Positions 9,731 to 19,340 of a stretch of DNA of 64,000 nt are shown here, piece after piece (within the stretch, counting starts at the first letter, position 1; every line of letters begins with the position of its first letter). Below the pieces are notes generated by a model. That model was given only the letters and a program-made list of their open reading frames with translations, had not been told where the DNA came from and made no database searches. The position numbers and the translations under genes are program-made. The stretch covers positions 516 to 64,515 of the forward strand of contig JALOTP010000016.1 of the NCBI GenBank assembly GCA_025457865.1, in the 5' to 3' direction. Source of the DNA: Thermoplasmatota archaeon. Its GTDB lineage: Archaea; Thermoplasmatota; Penumbrarchaeia; Penumbrarchaeales; Penumbrarchaeaceae.

Positions 9731-10924
9731 GTGAGAACGATGACCGAGAACGGTGATGGTCCAAAGACGGCCCCCCTGGATAATGGGGGCGGGAGGAGGG
9801 CCCCTACGGGCTTTCAGCTCCTGGTCTTTTCTACCATTGTGACCACCATCACACTGATCGCCTTCCTCTACGTGGGGGTCATAGCTTCGCTCGTCATGAG
9901 CCCGGACAACTCCCTGCACTGGCCTTATCTTGCGGTCCCTGTCCTGCTTACCCTTTTCATGATGGTCTCCCAGATAGCCTCACACATTGACCACCGCGCC
10001 TACATAAGGCCTCTGTACCTTATGTCATCGGTCCTGATGGGAGCCTTCGCCTACATGGTGATGGCGGCGTTCATGGTGACCCCGATCCTTATCCCCGCAT
10101 ACTTACTGGACATCGATTCCATCTGGACGTCCCTCCGCATCATGTTCGCAGCGGTCATCCTCGTCCCCGTCGTTTGGGGCCTCATAGAGGCCCGCATCCT
10201 CAGGACAAGGTGGTTCAAGGTCCCTCTTCCCGGATTGAAGAAAGCCGTCAAGGTCGCTATGATTTCGGACGTCCACCTGGGACTTCTCGTAGGCAGGATG
10301 AGGCTTGGGAAGGTCCTTTCGATAATGGAGGGTTTCCGACCTGACGTCATAGCGGTCGTGGGGGACCTCTACGACACCAATCCCAGGTTCAACACCCGCT
10401 TCAGACCGATGCTCGAACGTATGGCATCAATGGCGCCTGCCTATGCCGTCTTCGGCAACCATGAGTATTTCAACGGGCATGAAGCGATAGGGAAGGAGCT
10501 CAGCGAGCTGGGGTTCAATGTCCTCAGGGGCCGCGCGGTGAAGGACCCAAAGACCGGTATCAACGTGGTCGGGATCGATGATCCCTCGTTCTTCGGTTCC
10601 GGAGAGGTCAGAAGGGAACAGCTCCTGTCCTTGCTAAGGGAGGTTCCGGAGGGTGAGCCCCTCATCCTGCTCGACCATCAGCCACTGCTCTTCAGTGCCG
10701 CTAAGGGCGCCAGACCGCTCCTTCAGCTCTCCGGCCATACGCATGCGGGACAGATCTGGCCCGCATCCTTCATCACGAAACGCATCTACAAGGACGGCCA
10801 CAGGGGGCTCAGCAGGGAGGGTGCCTCCACCCTGTTCGTATGTGTGGGGACCGGTACCTGGGGCCCGCCCATGAGGGTCCTGGCCCCACCGGAAATGGCC
10901 CTCTTCGAACTGGTCCCGGCATGA
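9731..10924 (+). CDS. Membrane-anchored calcineurin-like metallophosphoesterase
   Basis: About 4 N-terminal hydrophobic helices precede the phosphoesterase motifs ISDVHLG, VGDLYD, GNHEYF and LSGHTHAGQ. The first ATG is at 9740; the track starts at a GTG at 9731. Confidence 0.85.
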   Translation: MRTMTENGDGPKTAPLDNGGGRRAPTGFQLLVFSTIVTTITLIAFLYVGVIASLVMSPDNSLHWPYLAVPVLLTLFMMVSQIASHIDHRAYIRPLYLMSSVLMGAFAYMVMAAFMVTPILIPAYLLDIDSIWTSLRIMFAAVILVPVVWGLIEARILRTRWFKVPLPGLKKAVKVAMISDVHLGLLVGRMRLGKVLSIMEGFRPDVIAVVGDLYDTNPRFNTRFRPMLERMASMAPAYAVFGNHEYFNGHEAIGKELSELGFNVLRGRAVKDPKTGINVVGIDDPSFFGSGEVRREQLLSLLREVPEGEPLILLDHQPLLFSAAKGARPLLQLSGHTHAGQIWPASFITKRIYKDGHRGLSREGASTLFVCVGTGTWGPPMRVLAPPEMALFELVPA

Positions 10925-10935
10925 AGGTGGATGCT

Positions 10936-12015
10936 TCAGGCGATCCCGTCATTGTCGCTATCCGGGATGCGGCCGTCGGTGGAGTCCCCGTTACCGGATT
11001 CCACTCCGTCTATGAGCATGTCGTTGTCCGAATCCCAGTCGTTGGGATCGAGCCCCAGGACGAACTCCATGGGGTCGGATAATCCATCGCCATCGGTATC
11101 GGGGTTGAACGGGTCAGTTCCACGAATGTACTCGTCCTTATCGAGCAGCCCATCGCCGTCGGAGTCCTTGTTGTCCGGAGGAACAGGGGGGCCAGGGTTT
11201 GGCACTGGTGGGGTAGGGTTCCCGCTGCCTCCAGAGGTCCCGTCGTTGTCCGAGTCGTCCAGCCTACCGTCAGTGGAGTCCCCCGAGCCCATTTCCACCC
11301 CGTCAATGAGGCCGTCGTTGTCCGTGTCCCAGTCGTTGGGATCGAGACCTATGGAGAACTCATTTGGGTCCCAGAGGCCATCGCCGTCGGTATCGGGGTT
11401 GAACGGGTCCGTTCCTCTTAGGTACTCGTCCTTGTCAAGAAGCCCATCATGGTCGCTGTCCTTGTTGTCGTCCGGGACCGGTGGTCCCGGGTTGGGGACA
11501 GGTGGGGGAGGTATCCCAGGTTCGCCCGGTTCTGTTCCTTTATATATCCATGGGTATTCATCGTCAGGGTCAAGGATACCATCCCCGTCCGTATCCGGGT
11601 TGTTAGGGTCGGTCGAGATGTAGACCCTTAGCCCGGTCTGAGGGTGAACGTATGCGAACCTGTAGTACTCTGCATAGTTCGTGTAGGGGTTGGGAACATC
11701 GGGTATCCTGAACTGGGCATACTCCTCTCCACCGAACCAATCGTTATCCATGTCAGCATCGGTCGGGTCGTTGGGGTTCAGTCCATTGTCCGCCTCCCAC
11801 CCGTCGGGGAGTCCATCTCCGTCAGTGTCGGAGTTGTTGGGGTCCGATCCGTAGAGGTATTCCTCCAGGTTCGTGAGCCCGTCGTTGTCCGGGTCCAGGT
11901 CCCAGTCGTCCCCCGACAGAGGGTTGAGGGCCGAGACACAGCTCACCATTATCGCAAGTCCGAGCATGCCCGCAAGGGCCGTTACATAGGTTCTCATCTT
12001 TCTTGCCTCCTGCAT
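10936..12015 (-). CDS. Secreted thrombospondin-type-3 (TSP3) calcium-binding repeat protein
   Basis: It has a signal-like N-terminus (MRTYVTALAGMLGLAIMVSCVSA; the probable start is the M at 11997). Repeated DxDxDGxxDxxE motifs are present (DPDNDGLTNLEEY, DTDGDGLPDGWE, DTDGDGILDPDDE). Confidence 0.85.
   Translation of the reverse strand: MQEARKMRTYVTALAGMLGLAIMVSCVSALNPLSGDDWDLDPDNDGLTNLEEYLYGSDPNNSDTDGDGLPDGWEADNGLNPNDPTDADMDNDWFGGEEYAQFRIPDVPNPYTNYAEYYRFAYVHPQTGLRVYISTDPNNPDTDGDGILDPDDEYPWIYKGTEPGEPGIPPPPVPNPGPPVPDDNKDSDHDGLLDKDEYLRGTDPFNPDTDGDGLWDPNEFSIGLDPNDWDTDNDGLIDGVEMGSGDSTDGRLDDSDNDGTSGGSGNPTPPVPNPGPPVPPDNKDSDGDGLLDKDEYIRGTDPFNPDTDGDGLSDPMEFVLGLDPNDWDSDNDMLIDGVESGNGDSTDGRIPDSDNDGIA
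10945..11505 (-). repeat. In-frame tandem duplication, 2 x ~294 nt (~98 aa), inside the TSP3 protein
   Basis: Residues ~171-259 read PPVPNPGPPVPDDNKDSDHDGLLDKDEYLRGTDPFNPDTDGDGLWDPNEFSIGLDPNDWDTDNDGLIDGVEMGSGDSTDGRLDDSDNDG. Residues ~269-357 read PPVPNPGPPVPPDNKDSDGDGLLDKDEYIRGTDPFNPDTDGDGLSDPMEFVLGLDPNDWDSDNDMLIDGVESGNGDSTDGRIPDSDNDG. Confidence 0.8.
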
Positions 12016-12276
12016 GGATGAGGGGTTGGGCTCGTAGGTATTTAAACCCTTTAGAACATATATCGAACAATATTATAGAAAAAGATGGAATTTATATAAA
12101 ATAGTTATTATCTAAAACAAATAAAAATGATATTCACCAATAGGACATTTGACCTATGGAATATTAAAGCATTATGATACGTACGTCGAACAAGTGCATT
12201 GTAGAACCCCCCCCGTACATACCGTTAGGGGAAAGGGTATTAGAAAGATGGGGATTGATGACAGTCAGGTGGTCCT

Positions 12277-12684
12277 ATGACGGAATTGTTCCCCTGGGAA
12301 GGCAAGTACGTGCTGGGAATAAAGGAGATAGACGACCAGCACAGGATGCTGGTGGGCATGATAAACGCGCTCCATGACGGTTTGATGAGTGGAAATGGGA
12401 GGGAGGTGACAGGTACGGTCCTCCAGTCCATGATGGAGTACGCCCTCTACCATTTCAAGACAGAGGAGGACCTCATGCAGAAGTTCGGTTTCGAAGGCTA
12501 CACGGACCACAGGGATGAGCATCTGACGTTCATGGAGAGCATCGGGGAGATGGCCAAGCGCCACGGGGCGGGGGAGTACCTGGTCTCCCTTGAGCTCAAT
12601 GAATTCCTCAAGGAATGGCTCGCGAACCATATACTCTCAACCGACAGGAAATATGCCCCATTCCTCAGGTCCAAGTTGAGATGA
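12277..12684 (+). CDS. Hemerythrin-like (bacteriohemerythrin) protein
   Basis: It starts FPWEGKYVLGIKEIDDQH. The iron-ligand pattern is H (DDQH), HxxxE (YHFKTEE), HxxxH (HRDEH) and HxxxxD (NHILSTD). At 135 aa it has the typical length. Confidence 0.9.
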   Translation: MTELFPWEGKYVLGIKEIDDQHRMLVGMINALHDGLMSGNGREVTGTVLQSMMEYALYHFKTEEDLMQKFGFEGYTDHRDEHLTFMESIGEMAKRHGAGEYLVSLELNEFLKEWLANHILSTDRKYAPFLRSKLR

Positions 12685-12694
12685 GCACCCCAAC

Positions 12695-14221
12695 TCAAAG
12701 GATCCGTTCCACCCCCCAGGTGGCGGCATATCCTGCAATGGCAGCGGTCCAGAACAGGAGGGGTATGTGCAGGAGCATCGTCAGAGGATGTCCTCCCTTG
12801 AACCTCCGTATGGTGTCCGCACTGAAGAGGACGTGGAGCGTTATGACCACTATGATGGAGACGAGCATGAGCCCTCCCAACCCCTCAACGTCCTTGAGGA
12901 GGACTATGTTCTGGAAGGTCTCCAGCTCCGGAGAGGAGGTTCCCAGCTCAGAAAGCCTGGCTATGATCTCCAGTATGACCGCATGTATCATGAAGAGGGA
13001 TGCGGACATGAAGACCGTGAGACTGTAGAGGATGGCACTGAAATTGTCCGCCATCATGTACCTCCTCTTCCTCAATGACTGCAGGGTGGTGAAGTGGCCC
13101 GAGACCATGGTCGAGACGTCCTTGGGGCTGCCCCCTGCAGATATGCCCTCCTGGTATGTGGAGAGGAATTGAGATATCAGCTCGGACCTTGCCTCTCTGG
13201 AAAAGAGCGTCCAGGCCCTTTCGGTGTCCAATCGGAGCCTCAATCTGTCGTAGAGGGCCCTCACCTGCTCCGTGAGCTGCCCGAAATCATGCCACCTGAT
13301 CCTCTTAAGGCCCATGCTGGCGGACCCGCCCTTGCTCTCGGAAGTGGACCCTATGGTCCTCATGAAGGCACCGAAGGACTCGTCCCGTCGGACTATCCTG
13401 TTCTGTTCGACGAGCATGTAAATGCCCGGGAGCATGAGCGGTGTTGTTGTCAGGGCTAGGACCACTATGGAAAGCTCCCACCCGGGCCTGACCATGATAA
13501 GGGACGAGCCCATTATGATGGAGGCCAGGGCCGATATCAGTAGAAGGACCAGGAGCCTCCTGTGGAAGTTCGATGAGCGCGGATAGGGCCAGGGGTCGAA
13601 CCAGATGGACTCCCTGGGGAGGATGGACCTGACAACGAACCAGAGGAGGACCTCCACCACTATGAAGAGGAACACTATGAGAAAGCTCATGAGGTAGTGG
13701 TTTATGTTGACCATGAGCGAGAGGACCGCAAGGAGGACGTTCAGGAACATGGTCACGGTTATCATGGAGATATATACCTCTCTGAGGACCTCCATCCTGT
13801 CCAGGGTGTTCGTGTACTTCGACCTGTACTCCTCCATCACGGCCTCCTGTTCGTTCCTGAAGAAGACCTTGGGGTCCTCCTCGGTCTCCATGGCGTAGGC
13901 CATCCTCTCGAAGAAATCCCCGAGCTTCTTTGAGGGTCCCTGCTTGCCGATCTGTCTGAGGGCCATGGGGACCGACATCTTCCAGGTCCTTGAGAGCTCC
14001 TTGACCTTGTCGAGCTCCTTGAACACCCCCCCCCGTGCCGTACCTTTGGATGCTATCTCGAAGATGGACGTCCTTGTGGACGAGGACAGGGACATGACCG
14101 CGATCCTCAGTATGAAGAGATGGAGCTCATCATCTATGAGCGAACCCCTCCTGTCCCTCTGTATGATCGGCCAGATGAGGACCAGAAGGGTGATGACCAC
14201 CAATAACGAAGCGACGAGCAC
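12695..14221 (-). CDS. arlJ: Archaellum assembly polytopic membrane protein ArlJ (FlaJ)
   Basis: It lies directly downstream of arlI at the end of the operon. It has many hydrophobic helices alternating with two soluble T2SS-F-like segments. The start is uncertain (see the finding at 14222-14386). Confidence 0.8.
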   Translation of the reverse strand: MLVASLLVVITLLVLIWPIIQRDRRGSLIDDELHLFILRIAVMSLSSSTRTSIFEIASKGTARGGVFKELDKVKELSRTWKMSVPMALRQIGKQGPSKKLGDFFERMAYAMETEEDPKVFFRNEQEAVMEEYRSKYTNTLDRMEVLREVYISMITVTMFLNVLLAVLSLMVNINHYLMSFLIVFLFIVVEVLLWFVVRSILPRESIWFDPWPYPRSSNFHRRLLVLLLISALASIIMGSSLIMVRPGWELSIVVLALTTTPLMLPGIYMLVEQNRIVRRDESFGAFMRTIGSTSESKGGSASMGLKRIRWHDFGQLTEQVRALYDRLRLRLDTERAWTLFSREARSELISQFLSTYQEGISAGGSPKDVSTMVSGHFTTLQSLRKRRYMMADNFSAILYSLTVFMSASLFMIHAVILEIIARLSELGTSSPELETFQNIVLLKDVEGLGGLMLVSIIVVITLHVLFSADTIRRFKGGHPLTMLLHIPLLFWTAAIAGYAATWGVERIL

Positions 14222-14375
14222 CGCTCCCGAAGTGGATAGGAAGAGCCCGGGATATGACAGGGCCAGGCCACCCGCTATCAGTAGACCTACGATCAGAACG
14301 GGCGCGGCCCTGGTAAGTGCCCATTTCAGGGGGTCCGTACCCCTCTCGGTATAGGCTTGAAGGTAGGACGAGATC

Positions 14376-15995
14376 TCACCCCCTCAGTTCCTTAGGGATC
14401 CCCTCCCATCCGTTCTCGGAATAGGACCTGAACACCTCATTCACCTGATCGTAGCCGGTGACGTTCTGGTCCTTCATTGCCCTGATCACCCTCTCCCTGC
14501 GGTCCAGTTCCGTGTAGATGTCCTTGCTGAACTCTAGCCCCATCTTCGGGGCGATCTTATGCTCGAGGATGTATGAGTTGTACATGCCGGTGAAGTAATG
14601 CCTATCCCTGACCGGGTCCCACTCGAAGATGGTCCTTGTGAGGATGCCCCCCCTTTCCTTGGAGTATTTTATGATCTCCTCTATGGCCGAACAGCGTCTC
14701 TTTATCCCTCCCTCGACATAGATTATCTCCTGGAAGAGGGCCACGTTCATGTTGTCTATGAACCGTATGGGCACGTTTATGGGGTCTCCCGTGAAACGCT
14801 GTATCATCTTCGCTATGGAGGAGGCATGGAAGGTGCTGAGTACCGCATGCCCCGTCTGCATGGCCTGGAATGCGGCCGAGCCCTCCTTCCCCCTGACCTC
14901 CCCCACGATTATGTAATCGGGCCTGGACCTTAGGGCGGTCTTGACCAGGTCGAATAGCTCGACCTTCGCCTCCTCGAATACGGTCTCCCTTGTTATGAGC
15001 CGCTGCCATACCTCGTGAGGGACAACGACCTCGGGCGTGTCCTCCGCAGAATAGATCTTCTTCCTGGAGTTGATGAAAGACAGCATGGCATTAAGGGTCG
15101 TGGTCTTTCCGGACGCAGTTTCGCCGGAGACGAATATGGACATCCCGTGCTCCAGGCAGAGCCATAGGTATGCCGCCATCTTGGGGGAGAACGTGCCCCA
15201 TTTCACGAGCTGGGGCATGGTAGGTGGTTTCTCGAAGAACTTCCTTATAGTGAAGCTCGGGCCGCCCTTGGAGACGTCCTCCGAATAGATTATGTTCATC
15301 CTGCTCCCGTCGGGGAGGGCCCCATCCACTATGGGCCTCGAATCCGTGACGGGGCGCCCCATCCTCTCGGCCGTGGACCTGATGTAGAGGTCCATATCCT
15401 TCTCGTCCCTGAAGCGCAGGTTCGTTTTGAGCATGCCGAATACCTTGTGGACCACGGAAATGTTCCTAAGGCCCACCGCATGTATGTCCTCGAGGTACGG
15501 GTCCCTGAGCAGGGGCTCTATCAGGCCAGCCCTGGCCAGGTCCCTCTTGAGGACGTAGAGCATGTCCTCCCGCTCGTCCCTCGATATGGGAACGGACCTG
15601 CCTCTGAGCCGGTCCCTTAGAGAAGGCCTCCCCTCCCTGGGGTAGGTCACCCTGGAGAAAAGGTTCTCGATCTTTGCCTCGAGCTCCTCATCGGGGTCGT
15701 GCATACGCTCGAGGGGCGCTAGTTCGAGGATGCCCTGTTTGATCGCCTCGAGCTTCGTCAGACCGTCCTCTGCCGGTGAGGGTTCGATCACCTCGTAGAG
15801 CTTGCCCCCTTCCGGGACCTCCCGTATCCTTATGAACACGGGGTCCCCGACCGGGTAGATGAGGTCCAACCCGCTTGCCGTGGACATCTCCTCGGTCAAC
15901 CTCTCCACGAGCAGTGGGCGCTCCCCTTTCAATGCCAGCTCGTCCAGGTAGCGCTGGAGATGCGGGTTCCTCTCTATGGCTCCATCCGTTTCCAT
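14376..15995 (-). CDS. arlI: Archaellum ATPase ArlI (FlaI), type II/IV secretion ATPase family
   Basis: It has Walker A (SGETASGKTTTLNAM), the IIVGEVRGKEG box and HAVLSTFHA. At 539 aa it occupies the conserved position between arlH and arlJ. Confidence 0.95.
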   Translation of the reverse strand: METDGAIERNPHLQRYLDELALKGERPLLVERLTEEMSTASGLDLIYPVGDPVFIRIREVPEGGKLYEVIEPSPAEDGLTKLEAIKQGILELAPLERMHDPDEELEAKIENLFSRVTYPREGRPSLRDRLRGRSVPISRDEREDMLYVLKRDLARAGLIEPLLRDPYLEDIHAVGLRNISVVHKVFGMLKTNLRFRDEKDMDLYIRSTAERMGRPVTDSRPIVDGALPDGSRMNIIYSEDVSKGGPSFTIRKFFEKPPTMPQLVKWGTFSPKMAAYLWLCLEHGMSIFVSGETASGKTTTLNAMLSFINSRKKIYSAEDTPEVVVPHEVWQRLITRETVFEEAKVELFDLVKTALRSRPDYIIVGEVRGKEGSAAFQAMQTGHAVLSTFHASSIAKMIQRFTGDPINVPIRFIDNMNVALFQEIIYVEGGIKRRCSAIEEIIKYSKERGGILTRTIFEWDPVRDRHYFTGMYNSYILEHKIAPKMGLEFSKDIYTELDRRERVIRAMKDQNVTGYDQVNEVFRSYSENGWEGIPKELRG

Positions 15996-16010
15996 CCTGA
16001 TATGGTCCCC

Positions 16011-16721
16011 CTATGTCACCGACGTTATGTCCACTATGAACCCTGCCCGGGGTTCTATCCTGAACCCAACGGCCGTGCTCACCGGACCGACCGCGTGGGA
16101 ATATCTTGTGACGTAAAGTACATGCTCGACCGTCCCCTCCATGATCTCGGACTTGAGCTCTATGAGTATGTCTGCTACGGAGCGGAAGGGACCGAACACA
16201 TCGCGTGGGAGCTCGGCCGGGTCCATGGTGAGTATGAGCGTCCGGTTCTTTCCGATTATCTTCTTGAAGAAGGAGATCGTCGATAGCACCCTGGATTCGT
16301 CCATCTCGTTCATTACCAGGGCAGAGAAGGTATCTATTATGATCACCTCCGCCTCGTAGAGGCCCGGTGTTGACATCAGCCGGGAAAGGAAATCGACCCG
16401 GTCCTTGGTCCTCCCTATGAGGGGGAACACAGGGATGAACCGGAGCGACCCTTCCATGATGTTCTTCTTTATCGGGTAGTCCAGTGAGTCCATCTGGTCA
16501 AGGAAGCCTTTGGTGGTCTGTTCGGTGGAAATCACGTTAACGGAATGGCGATGCAGCAGGAGGCCGTAGATGAGCCTCTGGACTATGGCCGATTTCCCGC
16601 TCCCCACAGAACCTGAAATGACCGCCATGGCGCCCTTCGGCAGCCCCCCACCAAGGTGTCTATGGAGACCGTCCCTCTCGAAATCGAACCTGAGGAGGTT
16701 CCCCATATTGACGGCTGTCAA
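16011..16721 (-). CDS. arlH: Archaellum KaiC/RecA-like ATP-binding protein ArlH (FlaH)
   Basis: It has LGGGLPKGAMAVISGSVGSGKSAIVQRLIYG (Walker A) and IIIDTFSALV (Walker B-like). It is 236 aa and sits just upstream of arlI. Confidence 0.9.
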   Translation of the reverse strand: MTAVNMGNLLRFDFERDGLHRHLGGGLPKGAMAVISGSVGSGKSAIVQRLIYGLLLHRHSVNVISTEQTTKGFLDQMDSLDYPIKKNIMEGSLRFIPVFPLIGRTKDRVDFLSRLMSTPGLYEAEVIIIDTFSALVMNEMDESRVLSTISFFKKIIGKNRTLILTMDPAELPRDVFGPFRSVADILIELKSEIMEGTVEHVLYVTRYSHAVGPVSTAVGFRIEPRAGFIVDITSVT

Positions 16722-16726
16722 AACGT

Positions 16727-17227
16727 TCAGACCTCCCTGACCCTGAACACGAAGGAGTCCTCAGCGCTGCCCCTAGAGGCCCCCGCGCTGTTGAGGCCCG
16801 ATGTCGAGGCCCACCCTATGACGTCCATGGAGGTGGTCAGGCCCATGACGGGGAATACGACCTCGACGGTGGACCCGCTCGACCATCTGGCTCCCCCGGA
16901 AAGGAGCTTGACGGAGATGGAGGTCCCGGACAGGGCAGTTCCGTTCGCGGATACAACTATGTCCGTCATCGAAAGGGCCCCCGTCCCTGTGTTCTTGAGG
17001 TAGTATGTGAGGTTCCCCGATACCGGGTCGTAGGGAACGTTCAGGGGATCGTTTATGAAAGTCATGCGGGACTGCATATCCCCTTTCAACGCGGACGAGC
17101 TCTCCTCTATGTTCTCAGCATATCGGTCTATGACATCGACCAGTACCAGCGCGACCGCAGAGGATACCATGAGGGCCGTGATGAAGAAAATGAGCTCCGA
17201 TACAGCAGTTCCGGCCATCCATATCAC
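16727..17227 (-). CDS. arlG: Archaellum stator/anchor protein ArlG (FlaG)
   Basis: It has an N-terminal archaellin-like hydrophobic segment (GTAVSELIFFITALMVSSAVALVLV) and a beta-rich domain (YYLKNTGTGALSMTDIVVSANG). It overlaps arlF by 4 nt. Confidence 0.7.
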   Translation of the reverse strand: MIWMAGTAVSELIFFITALMVSSAVALVLVDVIDRYAENIEESSSALKGDMQSRMTFINDPLNVPYDPVSGNLTYYLKNTGTGALSMTDIVVSANGTALSGTSISVKLLSGGARWSSGSTVEVVFPVMGLTTSMDVIGWASTSGLNSAGASRGSAEDSFVFRVREV

Positions 17228-17652
17228 CCCTTCAGTTCCACCTCATCGGTCTGGACCGATATCCCCCAAGGCCCCACGATCCTGACCGTAGCAGTTCCCG
17301 ATATGCCGTTCAACACCAGTTCCGAGGTCATTCCCGGGTAGAGGAAGTCACCGCCCGAGCGCTGGAACGCGGTGATAGTGCCGTTGACAAGGACCTCTAT
17401 GTCCGAAAGCCCGATGACCGTGGACCCCGTATTTCGGACGTTTATCCGCAGAACGTCCGTTGTGGTATTGAGCTTGACGGACGGGACCTCGAAGGAGGTT
17501 CCCTTGATCTCTATGAGCTCGTCCGTGGCGCCCTGCCTGGCATCCTTGAGGTCGTTCAGGGCAGAGTCCAGGGATGGCCCCGCCAGCATGAGGCCCGATA
17601 TAAGCCCCAACGTTATGACCGCCGCGGAAACCGCAACACCGCTTCCAGACAT
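17224..17652 (-). CDS. arlF: Archaellum stator/anchor protein ArlF (FlaF)
   Basis: It has an N-terminal hydrophobic segment and a NVRNTGSTVIGLSDIEVLVNG beta-sandwich signature. It sits between the arlCDE-like gene and arlG. Confidence 0.7.
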   Translation of the reverse strand: MSGSGVAVSAAVITLGLISGLMLAGPSLDSALNDLKDARQGATDELIEIKGTSFEVPSVKLNTTTDVLRINVRNTGSTVIGLSDIEVLVNGTITAFQRSGGDFLYPGMTSELVLNGISGTATVRIVGPWGISVQTDEVELKG

Positions 17653-17689
17653 CCTATCTCACCGGAATGGTCCATCCAATTCAGCTGTC

Positions 17690-18640
17690 CTATCTCCTGC
17701 CCGTGATCCTCTTGATGTGTTCCAAGGACCTCATATGGTCCTCGGGGTCCATTCTCCAGCTGGACCTCTTCCCATCATGTGCCTGGACCGGGGCTGTCGT
17801 CCCCCTTGCCATCTCCAGGACCCTCTCTATCATTTCCTCGTCTATCCATCCGAGGTCCTTGTAGTAATCGAGGGCCTTCTCCAGCCCCTCCCTCCCCACC
17901 TTTTCCAGGAGGAACTGGGTCCATCTCAGGAGAGGCTCCCCGGAATCCAGGTTGCCGTTGCCGTTCTGACGGGGCCCCTTAGCTATGTCTTGCTCCTCAC
18001 CCTCGACCTCTTCATCGAATATCTCTGACAGCTCCACGAACTCCTTGCTGTTTGGCGTGGGCCGGGCCGGCCGCGCATCCTCATGCTTCGTCCCGTTCGC
18101 TCCCTTGGCATCCATCTTGGGGATGTCTATGAAAGGGTTGACGTTGGCCGATATCATGTCGTAGAGCCCCGAAAGCTCGCTCACGGTGGACTCTATGTCC
18201 TTCATGGCGTTCCTGAGGCCCTCGAGGCTCCGCAGCAGATATGATATCCGCTCCATCTCGGCCTTTATGTCCCTCATGTCCCCTTCCAGGAGCGAGGTCG
18301 TGTGCTTGAGGTCCTCCACTATGTCCCGCGTCCTCCTCAGGTCGTCCTCGAGCTTGTAGATGTGCTGGGAGTTGGCGTACTGAGCACCAGCGCCCTTGGC
18401 ACCCCTCTCGCCCATGCTCCCTGCTCCCCCTTCCTGGACATTTGAGACCTCCCTTACCGGACCTTCGGTCCTGAGGGGGTGGACCTTCCTGCCGCTGACC
18501 ATAGGTGGGCCGAGCCTGACCTCGTAGCGCTGGACCTCTGTTTTCTTCTGATCCAGAGCCCCCTTACTGCCCTTGGGAGGTCCTTCCTCCACCACGAACT
18601 CGTCCTCATCTGGGACCTGTTCCTTGCTGGCCGTTGCCAT
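17690..18640 (-). CDS. ArlC/D/E-family archaellum accessory protein (FlaD/FlaE C-terminal domain)
   Basis: It has a coiled-coil centre (YKLEDDLRRTRDIVEDLKHTTSLLEGDMRDIKAEMERISYLLRSLEGLRNAMKDIE). The C-terminal LRWTQFLLEKVGREGLEKALDYYKDLGWIDEEMIERVLEMARG is typical of FlaD/E. It lies directly after the archaellin gene. Confidence 0.7.
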   Translation of the reverse strand: MATASKEQVPDEDEFVVEEGPPKGSKGALDQKKTEVQRYEVRLGPPMVSGRKVHPLRTEGPVREVSNVQEGGAGSMGERGAKGAGAQYANSQHIYKLEDDLRRTRDIVEDLKHTTSLLEGDMRDIKAEMERISYLLRSLEGLRNAMKDIESTVSELSGLYDMISANVNPFIDIPKMDAKGANGTKHEDARPARPTPNSKEFVELSEIFDEEVEGEEQDIAKGPRQNGNGNLDSGEPLLRWTQFLLEKVGREGLEKALDYYKDLGWIDEEMIERVLEMARGTTAPVQAHDGKRSSWRMDPEDHMRSLEHIKRITGRR

Positions 18641-18661
18641 CCCCCAACCCTCCGGGCCCTA

Positions 18662-19291
18662 TCAGGCTTCCAGCTTCACAACACCGCCTGACGGATACTC
18701 GGACGGGGTCTCGTAGTAGTCGTAGGTCTGGTGGCCGGAGGTGGTCGTGTGGACCCAGATCTCAATGGATGAGTCCGGGGGTAGGGAGGAAGCGCTCAGT
18801 GCGAGATTGACGTTCAACTTGAGCCTAGCCCTCTCTCCAAGCAGATAGATGGCCGGATTCCCTGTCGGGTTGTATTGGTTGTTCGGGTCTATGATCTCCG
18901 TCGTTCCGTAGAAGGCCGAGGTCGCAGAGCCGGGGTTCCCCAAGTTGTAGCTAAGGTCCGCCGAATCCCCCGTTCCTCCGTTCGGGGTCACCAGAACATG
19001 GAGGACCACGTTCCTCATGTCCACAGCGTCAGATCCGTAGAGGTCCAAATACAGGTCTATGGAGCCGATGGTCCCTGACGCAACAGTTCCCTCCGCTATC
19101 TTTATCTGTGGCGTGGAGCTGACCAGTTTCTGAGCGTCCCCGCTCACCTTCTCTCCCTGTTCCTCGAGCTCCTCCGCCGTCTTGATTATCACAGCGGCGG
19201 CTATGGCCGCCACCAGGATGAGGGCGATGAATATTATCAACGTCCCGATCCCTATGGCGCCCGTCTCTTCCTTCTTTGGTGGGGTTCTCAT
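18662..19291 (-). CDS. arlB: Archaellin ArlB (FlaB); the only archaellin gene in the window
   Basis: It has a class III signal peptide and conserved hydrophobic N-terminus (KKEETG/AIGIGTLIIFIALILVAAIAAAVII). A GAGGTGA Shine-Dalgarno sequence lies ahead of the ATG. Confidence 0.9.
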   Translation of the reverse strand: MRTPPKKEETGAIGIGTLIIFIALILVAAIAAAVIIKTAEELEEQGEKVSGDAQKLVSSTPQIKIAEGTVASGTIGSIDLYLDLYGSDAVDMRNVVLHVLVTPNGGTGDSADLSYNLGNPGSATSAFYGTTEIIDPNNQYNPTGNPAIYLLGERARLKLNVNLALSASSLPPDSSIEIWVHTTTSGHQTYDYYETPSEYPSGGVVKLEA

Positions 19292-19340
19292 GTTTTCACC
19301 TCGATCGTTCGTTCACTGCTAGGTATCGTGATATGGGATA

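Noticed and set aside
10931-11623. A 230-aa S/P-rich + strand ORF, plus other ORFs overlapping 10936..12015
   Set aside because: It is the antisense shadow of the GAC/GAT-rich TSP3 repeats. The minus-strand product has a signal peptide and clear calcium-binding motifs.
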